Source: Hyphomicrobiales bacterium
Lineage (GTDB): Bacteria > Pseudomonadota > Alphaproteobacteria > SPJN01
DNA length: 64,000 nucleotides
Assembly: GCA_006844605.1 (NCBI GenBank)
Contig: SPJN01000001.1
Coordinates: forward strand, 74,024 to 138,023
Reading direction: 5' to 3'
In this document: positions 46,226 to 56,085 of the stretch, one piece after another
Numbering within the stretch: the first letter of the stretch is position 1
Layout of the letters: every line of letters starts with the position of its first letter
Made by a program: the position numbers and the translations under genes
Notes under the pieces: generated by a model
The model's database searches: none
Seen by the model: only the letters and a program-made list of their open reading frames with translations
Told to the model about the DNA's origin: nothing

Positions 46226-47109
46226 TGAATTGGGATGATATCCGCCTGTTTCTCGCGGTCAGCCGTGCGGGGTTGCTGAAAGATGCCGCCGCTCGCCTTG
46301 GCGTGGATGAGGCAACGTTGAGCCGCCGGATTAGAAGGTTGGAGCGGGACATGGACGCCCGCCTGTTTGAGCGGACGCGGCGCGGTCACCAGCTGACCAA
46401 ACAGGGGGAGGAATTGCTGGCCCATGCTGAGATTATGGAGCAGGCCGGTCTTGCCGCCGCAGAAACCGTGGCGGGCCAGCAAGGCGCGGTTGTCGGTACC
46501 GTCCGCCTGTCAGTGGCTGAGGGGTTTGGCTCCCGCTTTGTGGCACCGTCAATCAACAAACTGATGAAAGCCTATCCGGGGTTGGAGCTTGATTTGGTTG
46601 CGGGCACGGGGGTGTTGAGCCCATCCAAGCGGGAGGCTGACATCGCCGTGGGCCTGTCGCGGCCCCGTGGCGGGCAAATCTTTGTGCGGAAATTGACGGA
46701 TTATCGGTTGCGCCTTTATGGGGCGTCGTCCTTTTTCGCGCGCCATCATCTGGTGAAGGTACGTGACGACCTCGACGGTTTGCCCCTGATCGGTTATGTG
46801 GATGATCTGATTTTCGCGCCAGAACTGCGTTATACTGATGACGCCTTGCCGGGCCAGCGCCCGCAGTTACGGTCAACCTCTATCAATGCGCAATATGAAA
46901 TGGTGCGCACAGGCAACGGGTTGGCGATCCTGCCTGACTTTATGGTCAAGCCGGGGGACGGGCTGTTGCCGGTGCTGGAGGATGAGATCGTCGTGACGCG
47001 CAGTTTTTGGCTGTCGGTCCATCAGGACATTCGCACCTTGCCCCGCGTGCGTGCGGTGATCGATTTCCTTGATGGTTTGGTCAAGGGCGGAGCGGTCAAT
47101 CAGACCTGA
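46226..47109 (+). CDS. LysR-family transcriptional regulator (divergent from mmsA)
   Basis: An N-terminal wHTH (IRLFLAVSRAGLLKDAAARLGVDEATLSRRIRRLE) and a LysR substrate-binding domain. Confidence 0.85.
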
Positions 47110-47746
47110 ACATAAACCCGCATACCAGCCACGCGATCACCGCGCCGGCAAGTTGCGCCAGAATAAATCCGATGACATGGTCGGGGTTGATCCCGGCAAA
47201 AGTATCACTGAATGACCGGGCGATGGTCACGGCCGGATTGGCAAAACTGGTGGAGGCCGTGAACCAATAGCCTGCCGTGATGTACAGGCCAACCGCCATG
47301 GGGACCGCCTCGGGGCGCGCCCGCACGGTGCCGATTATGGTCAGCAACAACCCGAATGTGGCAACCCCTTCCGCAAACCATTGATTGGGACCTGTGCGTA
47401 GCTTGGTTGATTCCTGCAACAACGCCATGTCGAACATATAGTGGGCGGCAACAACGCCGATCAGCCCGCCGATGATCTGCACCCCGACATAGGCAATGGA
47501 ATCGCCTAACGGCATGTCCTTGCGCAGCCACATCACCAATGTCACGGCCGGGTTGAAATGTGCCCCTGACAACGCGCCGAATATGGTGATCAACACAAAC
47601 AAAATGGCGCCTGTGGCAATTGTATTCCCCAGCAGGGCAATGGCGTCATTACCGTTTGCCAGCGTCTCCCCCATAATGCCGGACCCGACCACGGTGGCCA
47701 GAAGCAGGGCGGTGCCGATCAATTCAGCGGAAAGTTTGCGGATCAT
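47096..47746 (-). CDS. aqpZ: aquaporin Z (MIP family)
   Basis: Two NPA boxes (HFNPAVT, FANPAVT). Start MIRKLSAELIGT. Confidence 0.85.
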   Translation of the reverse strand: MIRKLSAELIGTALLLATVVGSGIMGETLANGNDAIALLGNTIATGAILFVLITIFGALSGAHFNPAVTLVMWLRKDMPLGDSIAYVGVQIIGGLIGVVAAHYMFDMALLQESTKLRTGPNQWFAEGVATFGLLLTIIGTVRARPEAVPMAVGLYITAGYWFTASTSFANPAVTIARSFSDTFAGINPDHVIGFILAQLAGAVIAWLVCGFMFRSD

Positions 47747-47820
47747 GGTCGAAAGCTCCAGCGTGGTATTCAAGAAGACAATAGTCTAACGGTCTAGCTG
47801 TGAAATAAGACAGATTTGTT

Positions 47821-48675
47821 TCAGGGTCTCAGGGCGATGTTCAAACAGCCCACCTTGTGCAGCATGGTGTCACCACTTTCAAAGATGCGATCAGCCTCTG
47901 CAAACAGGGGGGGTAGCGGTTGCCACTGCGGCGGGGCCGTTGGTTCATGCGGCCAAATAAACGCGCCTTGGGAAAAGTGGCTTGCCAATTCTTGTTGGAA
48001 GGCGGCGATATCCTCGCCCAGTCGCGTCATGCCATAGGGCCAATATTCGATCAGCATCAGGCTGGCCTGTGCCAGCACATGTTTGCCGCCGCGAAACAAT
48101 AATGGTTCCGCCCCTTGAATGTCGCTTTTGATGCATAGGGGGCGGGGCAAACTGTCTATATCGCCTAGTAATTCATCCAAGGGCGCTGTGGGCACGGTGA
48201 TCAGGTCACGGGTCGCCTCAGCCATCAGGTCGTTGCTGGCTGACGGGGTATCTTTGTGCAGGCGGTGGTCGCCGAAATTATCCGGCGCGCGTTCAAAGCT
48301 GATGGTGCCGGTTTTGTCGCTGATGGCCTGATTGATTATGGTGACGGGCGGGCAATCATTATGGGCGATGTTGCGCGTTAACAGTTCGGCATTCAGGGGA
48401 TCAGCCTCAATCGCGATCAGGTGCCTGAACAGGCCCGATTTGGCCTGCGGGATCAGCGTCAGGCCGATATTGGCCCCAATGTCGATATAGGTGCCGCCGG
48501 GGTGCTGATTGCCAAACTGCGAAAACAATGCGGTCACATCTTCGCCCCAAATAGCCTTATCCTGATAGGTGCTAAAAACCACCTTGTCGGCGGGCAGCCC
48601 TTCGATACGGCCATTGCGCCCGTCTGCAATCGCGGTATTGTGAAGCCGATTTTGGTCGGAAGGAGAAAGAGGCAC
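47821..48675 (-). CDS. FkbM-family SAM-dependent methyltransferase
   Basis: GTYIDIGANIGLTLIP SAM-binding motif typical of the FkbM family. GTG start. Confidence 0.65.
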   Translation of the reverse strand: MPLSPSDQNRLHNTAIADGRNGRIEGLPADKVVFSTYQDKAIWGEDVTALFSQFGNQHPGGTYIDIGANIGLTLIPQAKSGLFRHLIAIEADPLNAELLTRNIAHNDCPPVTIINQAISDKTGTISFERAPDNFGDHRLHKDTPSASNDLMAEATRDLITVPTAPLDELLGDIDSLPRPLCIKSDIQGAEPLLFRGGKHVLAQASLMLIEYWPYGMTRLGEDIAAFQQELASHFSQGAFIWPHEPTAPPQWQPLPPLFAEADRIFESGDTMLHKVGCLNIALRP

Positions 48676-48747
48676 GTGCGCAAAACCCTGTTTATAAAGC
48701 GGGGGCGGGAAAGCCGTTCTGATAGCAGGCGAAGCCCGGTCAAGGCA

Positions 48748-49602
48748 ATGACCGGATTGGCCTTGCTGGTTTTTGGCATGTTGGCGGTTCTGCCCGTCAG
48801 GGCTGATGATGCATATATACCTGTGGTGTGGTCTTCTGTGGTGGCTGCACCGACTGAGGAGGCGCTGGATGAAAGCCTGTATCAGCCAATGCAGGTGACC
48901 TTACGCCATCGGCAAACCGGGGCGACCAAAAGCGCTGCTGACTGTTTCGATACTGCCGATTTGATTGAGCGCGGGTATCGCCCTGATGGTGATATGGCCC
49001 ATGATGATGTGATCAATGCCTATCTGTGTTTGGCGCGCCGGATCATTGCTGCGGCAGCCATACCGGAAACCAGCCATATGCGTGATGGGAGTGGCGTCGC
49101 ACCGCCGCTGCATGTTGATGATATGAAGCGTCTGCCCGCCATGCTTGGCCCGGGGGAAAGTTGTGCCTTGCGTGCAGTTGGTCATTTAACGGGCAATGAT
49201 TGGTATTCCGTTGCGCGGTTCTTCCACATCTATATGGCGGGGCAAAAAGATGACTATCGCGAGGAACGCAGCATCGTAACCGACCCGGCGGCTTTGACCG
49301 CGACCACATTGTTGGTCACTGCACAAGGCCCGGACCAGTTGACATTGACAACGGCTAATAGCCATACAGTGTTGCAGCGCCTGGGGTTTGGCGATGTGAA
49401 TGGCGATGGCATTGATGACATGCTGTTGTTGCGCATTCCAAAAACCGGTGTGCCGCAATTGGCGGTGCTGACAAAGGTGCGTGCGGAAAGCTTGATCAGC
49501 CCATTGAACCGCACTGATATATTTCTAGACTTTTCCTATAGCTGCCCGGAAGAGGCGGTGGCGCTTGTCGCCCGTGGTGCGGACAAGGAAGGGTGTGATT
49601 GA
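48748..49602 (+). CDS. secreted hypothetical protein with Ca-binding-like DVNGDGIDD motif
   Basis: Signal peptide MTGLALLVFGMLAVLPVRA, four Cys, and an FG-GAP/dockerin-like DxNGDGxxD loop. Start re-placed to avoid the antisense overlap with the FkbM gene. Confidence 0.5.
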   Translation: MTGLALLVFGMLAVLPVRADDAYIPVVWSSVVAAPTEEALDESLYQPMQVTLRHRQTGATKSAADCFDTADLIERGYRPDGDMAHDDVINAYLCLARRIIAAAAIPETSHMRDGSGVAPPLHVDDMKRLPAMLGPGESCALRAVGHLTGNDWYSVARFFHIYMAGQKDDYREERSIVTDPAALTATTLLVTAQGPDQLTLTTANSHTVLQRLGFGDVNGDGIDDMLLLRIPKTGVPQLAVLTKVRAESLISPLNRTDIFLDFSYSCPEEAVALVARGADKEGCD

Positions 49603-50402
49603 TGCGCTGGCTGTTCCTGACTTTGCTGATGATGCTATTGACGCCCACGGCCCACGCCTTTGTTAGTGAGGCATTGGTGCCTGCCCCGCATGATGGGCAG
49701 CGAGATATTGTCGCCAGCTTTAACGCGCCGTTTGAACCGCTGGTTGAGGCGGACGGGGTTGGCAGCGTGACTTTGGTGCGGGAAAGTTTGACCGGGGCGC
49801 AGCGCCTGCGTGTTGAAAGCTGCGCGGCGTTAATGGACGTCTATTATGACGGCACGTGGGAGGTTGAGGCACAGGAAACTGTTTATTATACCCCGTGGCT
49901 GATTGCCCGCTGTGTCGCGCTTGATCAACTGGCGAGCGCCGGTGCGGCGGCGTTGACGACACAAATCTCAGCGCTGGAACTCGACCCCGATGACTTGCCC
50001 GCCCATCTTGCACCGTTTGAAAATTGTCAGGACCGGATTGATCATATTCGCGCTGCCCTTGCCGGGGAAACGTTGGCCGATCGCCTTGGTGATGGCTGGG
50101 AAGAGGTCGTTGATGATGAGGTGCATGAGGATGACGCCCGGCTGATGAAGTTAAAAACCGCACAAGGACGGACCCTGAAGGTTGAGCTGCTGGGATCATA
50201 CGGGACTGAAACACCGGTTTGGCTGGTGCTTGTCACCCAGTCCGACGACATGGTTGGCAGTACAGTGATGGAGGTTTGGCCCCTAACAAAGGCAGCCGAT
50301 GACGACGGGGTGACCTATGTGCAGGGATTGGATTTGGTGCAGGCCGCCATGACCACATGCCCCAGTTTTCTGCCCCTGCTGCTGACCGATGAGTGCCCCT
50401 AA
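49599..50402 (+). CDS. secreted hypothetical protein (Cys-containing)
   Basis: Signal peptide MMRWLFLTLLMMLLTPTAHA. The ATGA overlap with the upstream gene indicates an operon. Confidence 0.5.
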   Translation: MMRWLFLTLLMMLLTPTAHAFVSEALVPAPHDGQRDIVASFNAPFEPLVEADGVGSVTLVRESLTGAQRLRVESCAALMDVYYDGTWEVEAQETVYYTPWLIARCVALDQLASAGAAALTTQISALELDPDDLPAHLAPFENCQDRIDHIRAALAGETLADRLGDGWEEVVDDEVHEDDARLMKLKTAQGRTLKVELLGSYGTETPVWLVLVTQSDDMVGSTVMEVWPLTKAADDDGVTYVQGLDLVQAAMTTCPSFLPLLLTDECP

Positions 50403-50487
50403 TTCGCGCCGTTCTGCGCCCTTGGCTTGACAAGGGCGGGTGTAGGGGGCACCTATCGCGCGACTTATATTTGCGGACACGCCCTTT

Positions 50488-51699
50488 ATGACCACCCAAG
50501 ACACAGGCCCGTTAGCAGCCTATCAAGCCCAATTGGATGCAGGCACATTGCGCCGCGACCCTGTTCAGGCCCATGTGGTTGATGCCTTGCAGGCGCTTGC
50601 CGACAGGATTATCGACACGGCTGCACAGGCACCCGCCAAAAAGGGCCTGGGCCGGTTATTTTCACGCAAAAACAAAACCGCAGCGGCACCGATTGACGGC
50701 ACGGTCGGCCTTTATGTTTATGGTGGGGTGGGGCGCGGCAAGTCCATGTTGATGGACATGTTCTTTGACACATTGCCCGATTTGCCGAGCCTGCCGAAAA
50801 AGCGCGTGCATTTTCATGAGTTCATGTTGGACGTTCACGCCCTGGTGCATGAATTCCGCAAGGCCAGCGCGACCGAGCGCGCCGAAAATTGGGGCATGCG
50901 GTGGCGCGGAACGGATGATCCCATTCCCCCGGTTGCAGCCCGTATCGCCAGTGAAGCCAAGGTTCTGTGCTTTGATGAATTGCAGGTGAACAATGTGGCT
51001 GATGCCATGATCATCTCGCGCCTGTTTGGTACCTTGCTTGAAGAAGGGGTGTGGACGATCTTCACCTCCAACCGGGTGCCGTCTGATTTGTATATCGGGG
51101 GGCATAATCGCCAATTGTTCCTGCCGTTCATCGCGACGCTGGAAAAGCGGTTGGACATTCTTGAGCTTGATAGCCCCACAGATTACCGCCTTGACCGCCT
51201 GAAGGGGGTTGAAACCTATCATGCGCCGTTGGATGACGGGGCCAAGGCCGCCGTTGATGCAGCATGGCGTGGCCTGACCGATCAGGACAGTGGTGACCCG
51301 CTGGAACTTGAGACACACGGCGATGGTGGGCGCACGGTCCATGTGCCATGCTCCGCCAAAGGCGTTGCGCGTTTCGGCTTTGCAGATTTATGCGCCCGCC
51401 CGGTCGGGTCAGCGGATTATCTGGCGATTGCCAACCGTCATCATACGGTTTTGATGGATAATATCCCGCTGTTAACACCTGAAAAGCGGAACGAGGCCAA
51501 GCGATTCGTGACCCTCATCGATGTGCTGTATGAGCATAATGTGAAGCTGATCTGTTCTGCTGCTGCGCCGCCCGAAAGCCTTTATCCCAAGGGTCATGGG
51601 GCGTTTGAGTTTGAGCGGACGGTGTCTCGACTGATGGAAATGCAGTCAGAGGACTATTTGGCCCGCGGTCATGGCGTGGCGGAGCCTGCGGAAGGCTGA
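50488..51699 (+). CDS. zapE: ZapE/AFG1-family ATPase
   Basis: Walker A YVYGGVGRGKSMLMD and Walker B VLCFDELQV. Its position upstream of mdh is conserved in alphaproteobacteria. Confidence 0.85.
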   Translation: MTTQDTGPLAAYQAQLDAGTLRRDPVQAHVVDALQALADRIIDTAAQAPAKKGLGRLFSRKNKTAAAPIDGTVGLYVYGGVGRGKSMLMDMFFDTLPDLPSLPKKRVHFHEFMLDVHALVHEFRKASATERAENWGMRWRGTDDPIPPVAARIASEAKVLCFDELQVNNVADAMIISRLFGTLLEEGVWTIFTSNRVPSDLYIGGHNRQLFLPFIATLEKRLDILELDSPTDYRLDRLKGVETYHAPLDDGAKAAVDAAWRGLTDQDSGDPLELETHGDGGRTVHVPCSAKGVARFGFADLCARPVGSADYLAIANRHHTVLMDNIPLLTPEKRNEAKRFVTLIDVLYEHNVKLICSAAAPPESLYPKGHGAFEFERTVSRLMEMQSEDYLARGHGVAEPAEG

Positions 51700-51799
51700 C
51701 CAAAGTCTAGTATTCCCGCCGGATCGCGACAGGAAAACCCCTTGCGTGTCCCCCCCAATTGGCGTAGGTCCGTGGCCACACTTCTGGTTCCAGTCCTAA

Positions 51800-52780
<981 letters not shown>

Positions 52781-52808
52781 GCTTAGCGCCACATAAAGTT
52801 CTGCAAGG

Positions 52809-52840
52809 CCCCGTCAGCACGCTGGCGGGGTTTTGTTTTG
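52809..52840 (+). terminator. rho-independent terminator after mdh
   Basis: CCCCGTCAGC...GCTGGCGGGG hairpin plus TTTTGTTTTG. Confidence 0.6.
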
Positions 52841-52951
52841 CCTGCGGCACTCTTGCGAGGTGCGCTTTATCCGTAACGGTTGATATTTGTTGTTGTTTGT
52901 GTAACACCTGTTTCGTATTAGCGGTCATATTGCGGCGTTGTGGAGGGTCAG

Positions 52952-53584
52952 GTGCCGAAATTCGTCAATCATGAGGAAAAGCGGCGGGAGCTGATTATTG
53001 AAGCCATGAATTTAGTGGCTTCAGAAGGCTATGAGGCCACCAGTATGCGCCGTATTGCCGGTGCCGCCGGGTGTACAACCGGAACATTAACGCATTATTT
53101 CCCTGACCGGGCGTCTATCCTTATCGCCATGCTACGCTATGTGCATGAGCAGGCGACCAAGCGAATGCAAGACTGCCTAGATGATGAAGCTGCACCGAAA
53201 GAACAGCTGACGGCTGTGCTGCGTGAAGCCTTGCCATTGCGTCCTGAAAGTTATCGTGAGTGGCGGGTTTGGCTGGCTTTTTGGGGAGCGGGCAACACAA
53301 ACCGTAAGCTGGTGGCCGAACATCAGGCGCGCTATCAGGAATGGCATCGCTTGCTGGAACAATTGGTAACAACCGTTATGTCAAAACAGTCTGGCGGGAA
53401 CCCAAAAACCGTTGCGTTGCACTTGATAGCGCTTGTTGATGGCTTTGGCATCCAAATTGCCATGACGGGCGGCTTCGAAAATGCGATTGCGAAGACCCTG
53501 ACCCGCGATTGCCTGTCGATCATGCAAAATGTGATTGCCGATTCGGTGTCGCCGGGGCGCGAATTTGGGGCCCCGGGGGCCTGA
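52952..53584 (+). CDS. TetR/AcrR-family transcriptional regulator
   Basis: HTH EGYEATSMRRIAGAAGCTTGTLTHYF. The GTG at 52952 has a GGAGGG RBS; 52940 is an alternative. Confidence 0.8.
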   Translation: MPKFVNHEEKRRELIIEAMNLVASEGYEATSMRRIAGAAGCTTGTLTHYFPDRASILIAMLRYVHEQATKRMQDCLDDEAAPKEQLTAVLREALPLRPESYREWRVWLAFWGAGNTNRKLVAEHQARYQEWHRLLEQLVTTVMSKQSGGNPKTVALHLIALVDGFGIQIAMTGGFENAIAKTLTRDCLSIMQNVIADSVSPGREFGAPGA

Positions 53585-53836
53585 CGTTTTGTCATAAAAG
53601 TCCATGATTGCCGCCATTTTCGCAACTGGTTCAAAAATTGACACTATTTTAACAAAACAGACGTTATAAAATTTGCATGGGTTTTTGCGGATGCTATAAC
53701 CGCGACTGTAAACATTCACTCCCGGTGTCGGGGTAGGTGGGGGCTGCAAAACGGTCGTTTTCGCCCATTATAGCCTGCCGCATCCGTCGCCATGTCTTAA
53801 ACGCCTTCCCATCAGTGGGCCAAAAGGGGCGCATCA

Positions 53837-55003
53837 ATGAATATCCATGAATATCAAGCCAAAGAGGTGCTGCGTGGCTTCGGCGTATCTGTTGCAACCG
53901 GTAAGGTTGCCTATACGCCCGACGAAGCGGTAGCCGCTGCGGAAAGTTTGAACAGTGCCGTCTATGTTGTGAAGGCACAAATCCATGCAGGTGGTCGCGG
54001 TAAAGGTGGCGGCGTCAAGGTTGTCAAAACCCTTGATGAAGTCCGTGCCGAAGCAGAACGCATGTTGGGCATGACGCTTGTCACGCACCAAACCGGCCCT
54101 GAGGGCAAGTTGGTTCGTAAGGTCTATGTTGAAGAAGGCACCGCCATTGCGCGTGAGCTTTACCTCAGCTTGTTGATCGACCGTGGCAACAGCCGCGTCA
54201 GCTTCATTGCGTCAACCGAAGGCGGTATGGACATTGAGGAAGTTGCGGCAAGCACTCCTGAAAAAATCCTGACCATCGACGTTGATCCCGCTGCCGGCAT
54301 TTCCGGTCATCATGGCCGCCGCATTGCCTATGCGCTGGGTTTGAAGGGCGATGAAGTGAAACAGGGCGTGAAGTTGATCACAGCGATCTACAACGCCTTT
54401 GTTGAAACCGATGCCAGCCTGATGGAAATCAATCCGTTGGTTGTGACCGAAGATGGCCAGCTGACCTGCCTTGATGCCAAGGTAAACTTTGATGGCAACT
54501 CATTGTTCCGTCATCCTGATCTGGTTGACTTGCGCGACCCTGATGAGGAAGACCCCGCAGAACGTGAAGCTGCCAAGCATGACCTTGCCTATATCAAGCT
54601 GGACGGCCAAATCGGCTGCATGGTGAACGGTGCCGGTCTTGCGATGGCAACCATGGACATCATCAAGCTGTATGGCGGCGAACCTGCCAACTTCCTTGAT
54701 GTCGGTGGCGGTGCCACGAAGGAAAAAGTGACAGAGGCGTTCAAGATCATTCTGTCTGATCCGAATGTGGAAGCCATTTTGGTGAATATCTTTGGTGGGA
54801 TCATGCGCTGTGACGTGATTGCAGAAGGCGTTGTCGCCGCTGCGCGCGAAGTCAGCCTGTCAGTGCCCTTGGTTGTCCGTCTTGCGGGGACCAATGTGGA
54901 CCTTGGCAAAAAGATCCTTGAAGAATCCGGTCTGCCCATCGTGTCAGCCGATGATTTGAACGACGCGGCTGAAAAAGTCGTCAAAGCCCAGAAGGAGGCC
55001 TGA
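53837..55003 (+). CDS. sucC: succinyl-CoA synthetase beta subunit
   Basis: [13 protein letters not shown]-terminus and an ATP-grasp domain; unmistakable. Confidence 0.95.
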   Translation: MNIHEYQAKEVLRGFGVSVATGKVAYTPDEAVAAAESLNSAVYVVKAQIHAGGRGKGGGVKVVKTLDEVRAEAERMLGMTLVTHQTGPEGKLVRKVYVEEGTAIARELYLSLLIDRGNSRVSFIASTEGGMDIEEVAASTPEKILTIDVDPAAGISGHHGRRIAYALGLKGDEVKQGVKLITAIYNAFVETDASLMEINPLVVTEDGQLTCLDAKVNFDGNSLFRHPDLVDLRDPDEEDPAEREAAKHDLAYIKLDGQIGCMVNGAGLAMATMDIIKLYGGEPANFLDVGGGATKEKVTEAFKIILSDPNVEAILVNIFGGIMRCDVIAEGVVAAAREVSLSVPLVVRLAGTNVDLGKKILEESGLPIVSADDLNDAAEKVVKAQKEA

Positions 55004-55006
55004 TCC

Positions 55007-55882
55007 ATGTCAGTTCTCGTTAATAAAGACACGAAAGTTATCTGTCAGGGCTTTACCGGCTCGCAAGGGACATTCCACACCGAACAGGCCATTGCCTATG
55101 GCACCAAAATGGTTGGTGGTGTGACGCCCGGCAAGGGTGGTTCTGAACATTTGGGTCTGCCCGTGTATGACACGGTTGCAGGTGCCGTTGAAAACACCGG
55201 CGCAACCGCGTCTGTGGTTTATGTGCCGCCCCCCTTTGCTGCTGACGCCATTTTGGAAGCCATCGCGGCTGAGCTGGAATTGGTTGTTTGCATTACCGAA
55301 GGTGTGCCGGTTATGGACATGGTGAAGGTGAAGCGGGCGCTGTCCGGATCCAACACCCGTCTTGTTGGCCCCAACTGCCCCGGCGTGATCACGCCTGATG
55401 AATGCAAGATCGGCATTATGCCCGGTCACATTCACAAGCGCGGCAATGTCGGTATCGTTTCCCGTTCAGGCACCTTGACCTATGAAGCTGTGGCACAGAC
55501 CACCGCTGCCGGTCTTGGCCAATCAACCTGTATCGGTATTGGCGGTGACCCGGTGAACGGCACCAATTTCATTGATTGCCTAGATATGTTCCTGGGCGAT
55601 GATGAAACCGAAAGCATCATCATGATCGGTGAAATCGGTGGGTCAGCTGAAGAAGAAGCTGCCGAATTCCTGAAGCAGTCCAAGGTGAAGAAGCCGGTTG
55701 TTGGCTTTATCGCCGGGACAACGGCCCCTCCTGGTCGGACAATGGGCCATGCTGGTGCCATTGTGTCCGGCGGCAAGGGCGGTGCTGATGGCAAGATTGA
55801 TGCGATGAAGTCGGCCGGTATTACCGTGTCTGCCTCTCCCGCCTCATTGGGCACCACATTGGTTGACGTCCTCAAGGGCTGA
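55007..55882 (+). CDS. sucD: succinyl-CoA synthetase alpha subunit
   Basis: Phospho-His loop SRSGTLTYE and CoA-binding GFTGSQG. Confidence 0.95.
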   Translation: MSVLVNKDTKVICQGFTGSQGTFHTEQAIAYGTKMVGGVTPGKGGSEHLGLPVYDTVAGAVENTGATASVVYVPPPFAADAILEAIAAELELVVCITEGVPVMDMVKVKRALSGSNTRLVGPNCPGVITPDECKIGIMPGHIHKRGNVGIVSRSGTLTYEAVAQTTAAGLGQSTCIGIGGDPVNGTNFIDCLDMFLGDDETESIIMIGEIGGSAEEEAAEFLKQSKVKKPVVGFIAGTTAPPGRTMGHAGAIVSGGKGGADGKIDAMKSAGITVSASPASLGTTLVDVLKG

Positions 55883-55896
55883 ACCTTTGCGACTTT

Positions 55897-55935
55897 GGTC
55901 GGGTAAACCGCTGGAATTGCTTGCGGATTTACCTG
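55897..55935 (+). promoter_or_regulatory. hairpin (GGTAAACCGC-loop-GCGGATTTACC) in sucD-sucA spacer, possible partial terminator/processing site
   Basis: Seen directly 15 nt after the sucD stop. No strong U-run follows, so read-through into sucA is likely. Confidence 0.3.
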
Positions 55936-56085
55936 TCCTTTGTCACAGTTGAACTTACATATGTGTCGAGGCGGTTTCGGTCGTCTCGCCACGCTTCTGC
56001 AATGTGTCAAATCCGATAAAGACATGGCCGCATAGAAAGAATGCGGATCATATAGGCGGATTTGCAATCGAAGTGGACGAAGACC

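Noticed and set aside
48421-48747. N-terminal 109 aa of the ORF 48421..49602 overlapping the FkbM gene on the opposite strand
   Set aside because: The segment is Arg-rich, would bury the signal peptide internally, and would overlap the 5' 255 nt of the methyltransferase gene in antisense. A start at 48748 gives an N-terminal signal peptide.
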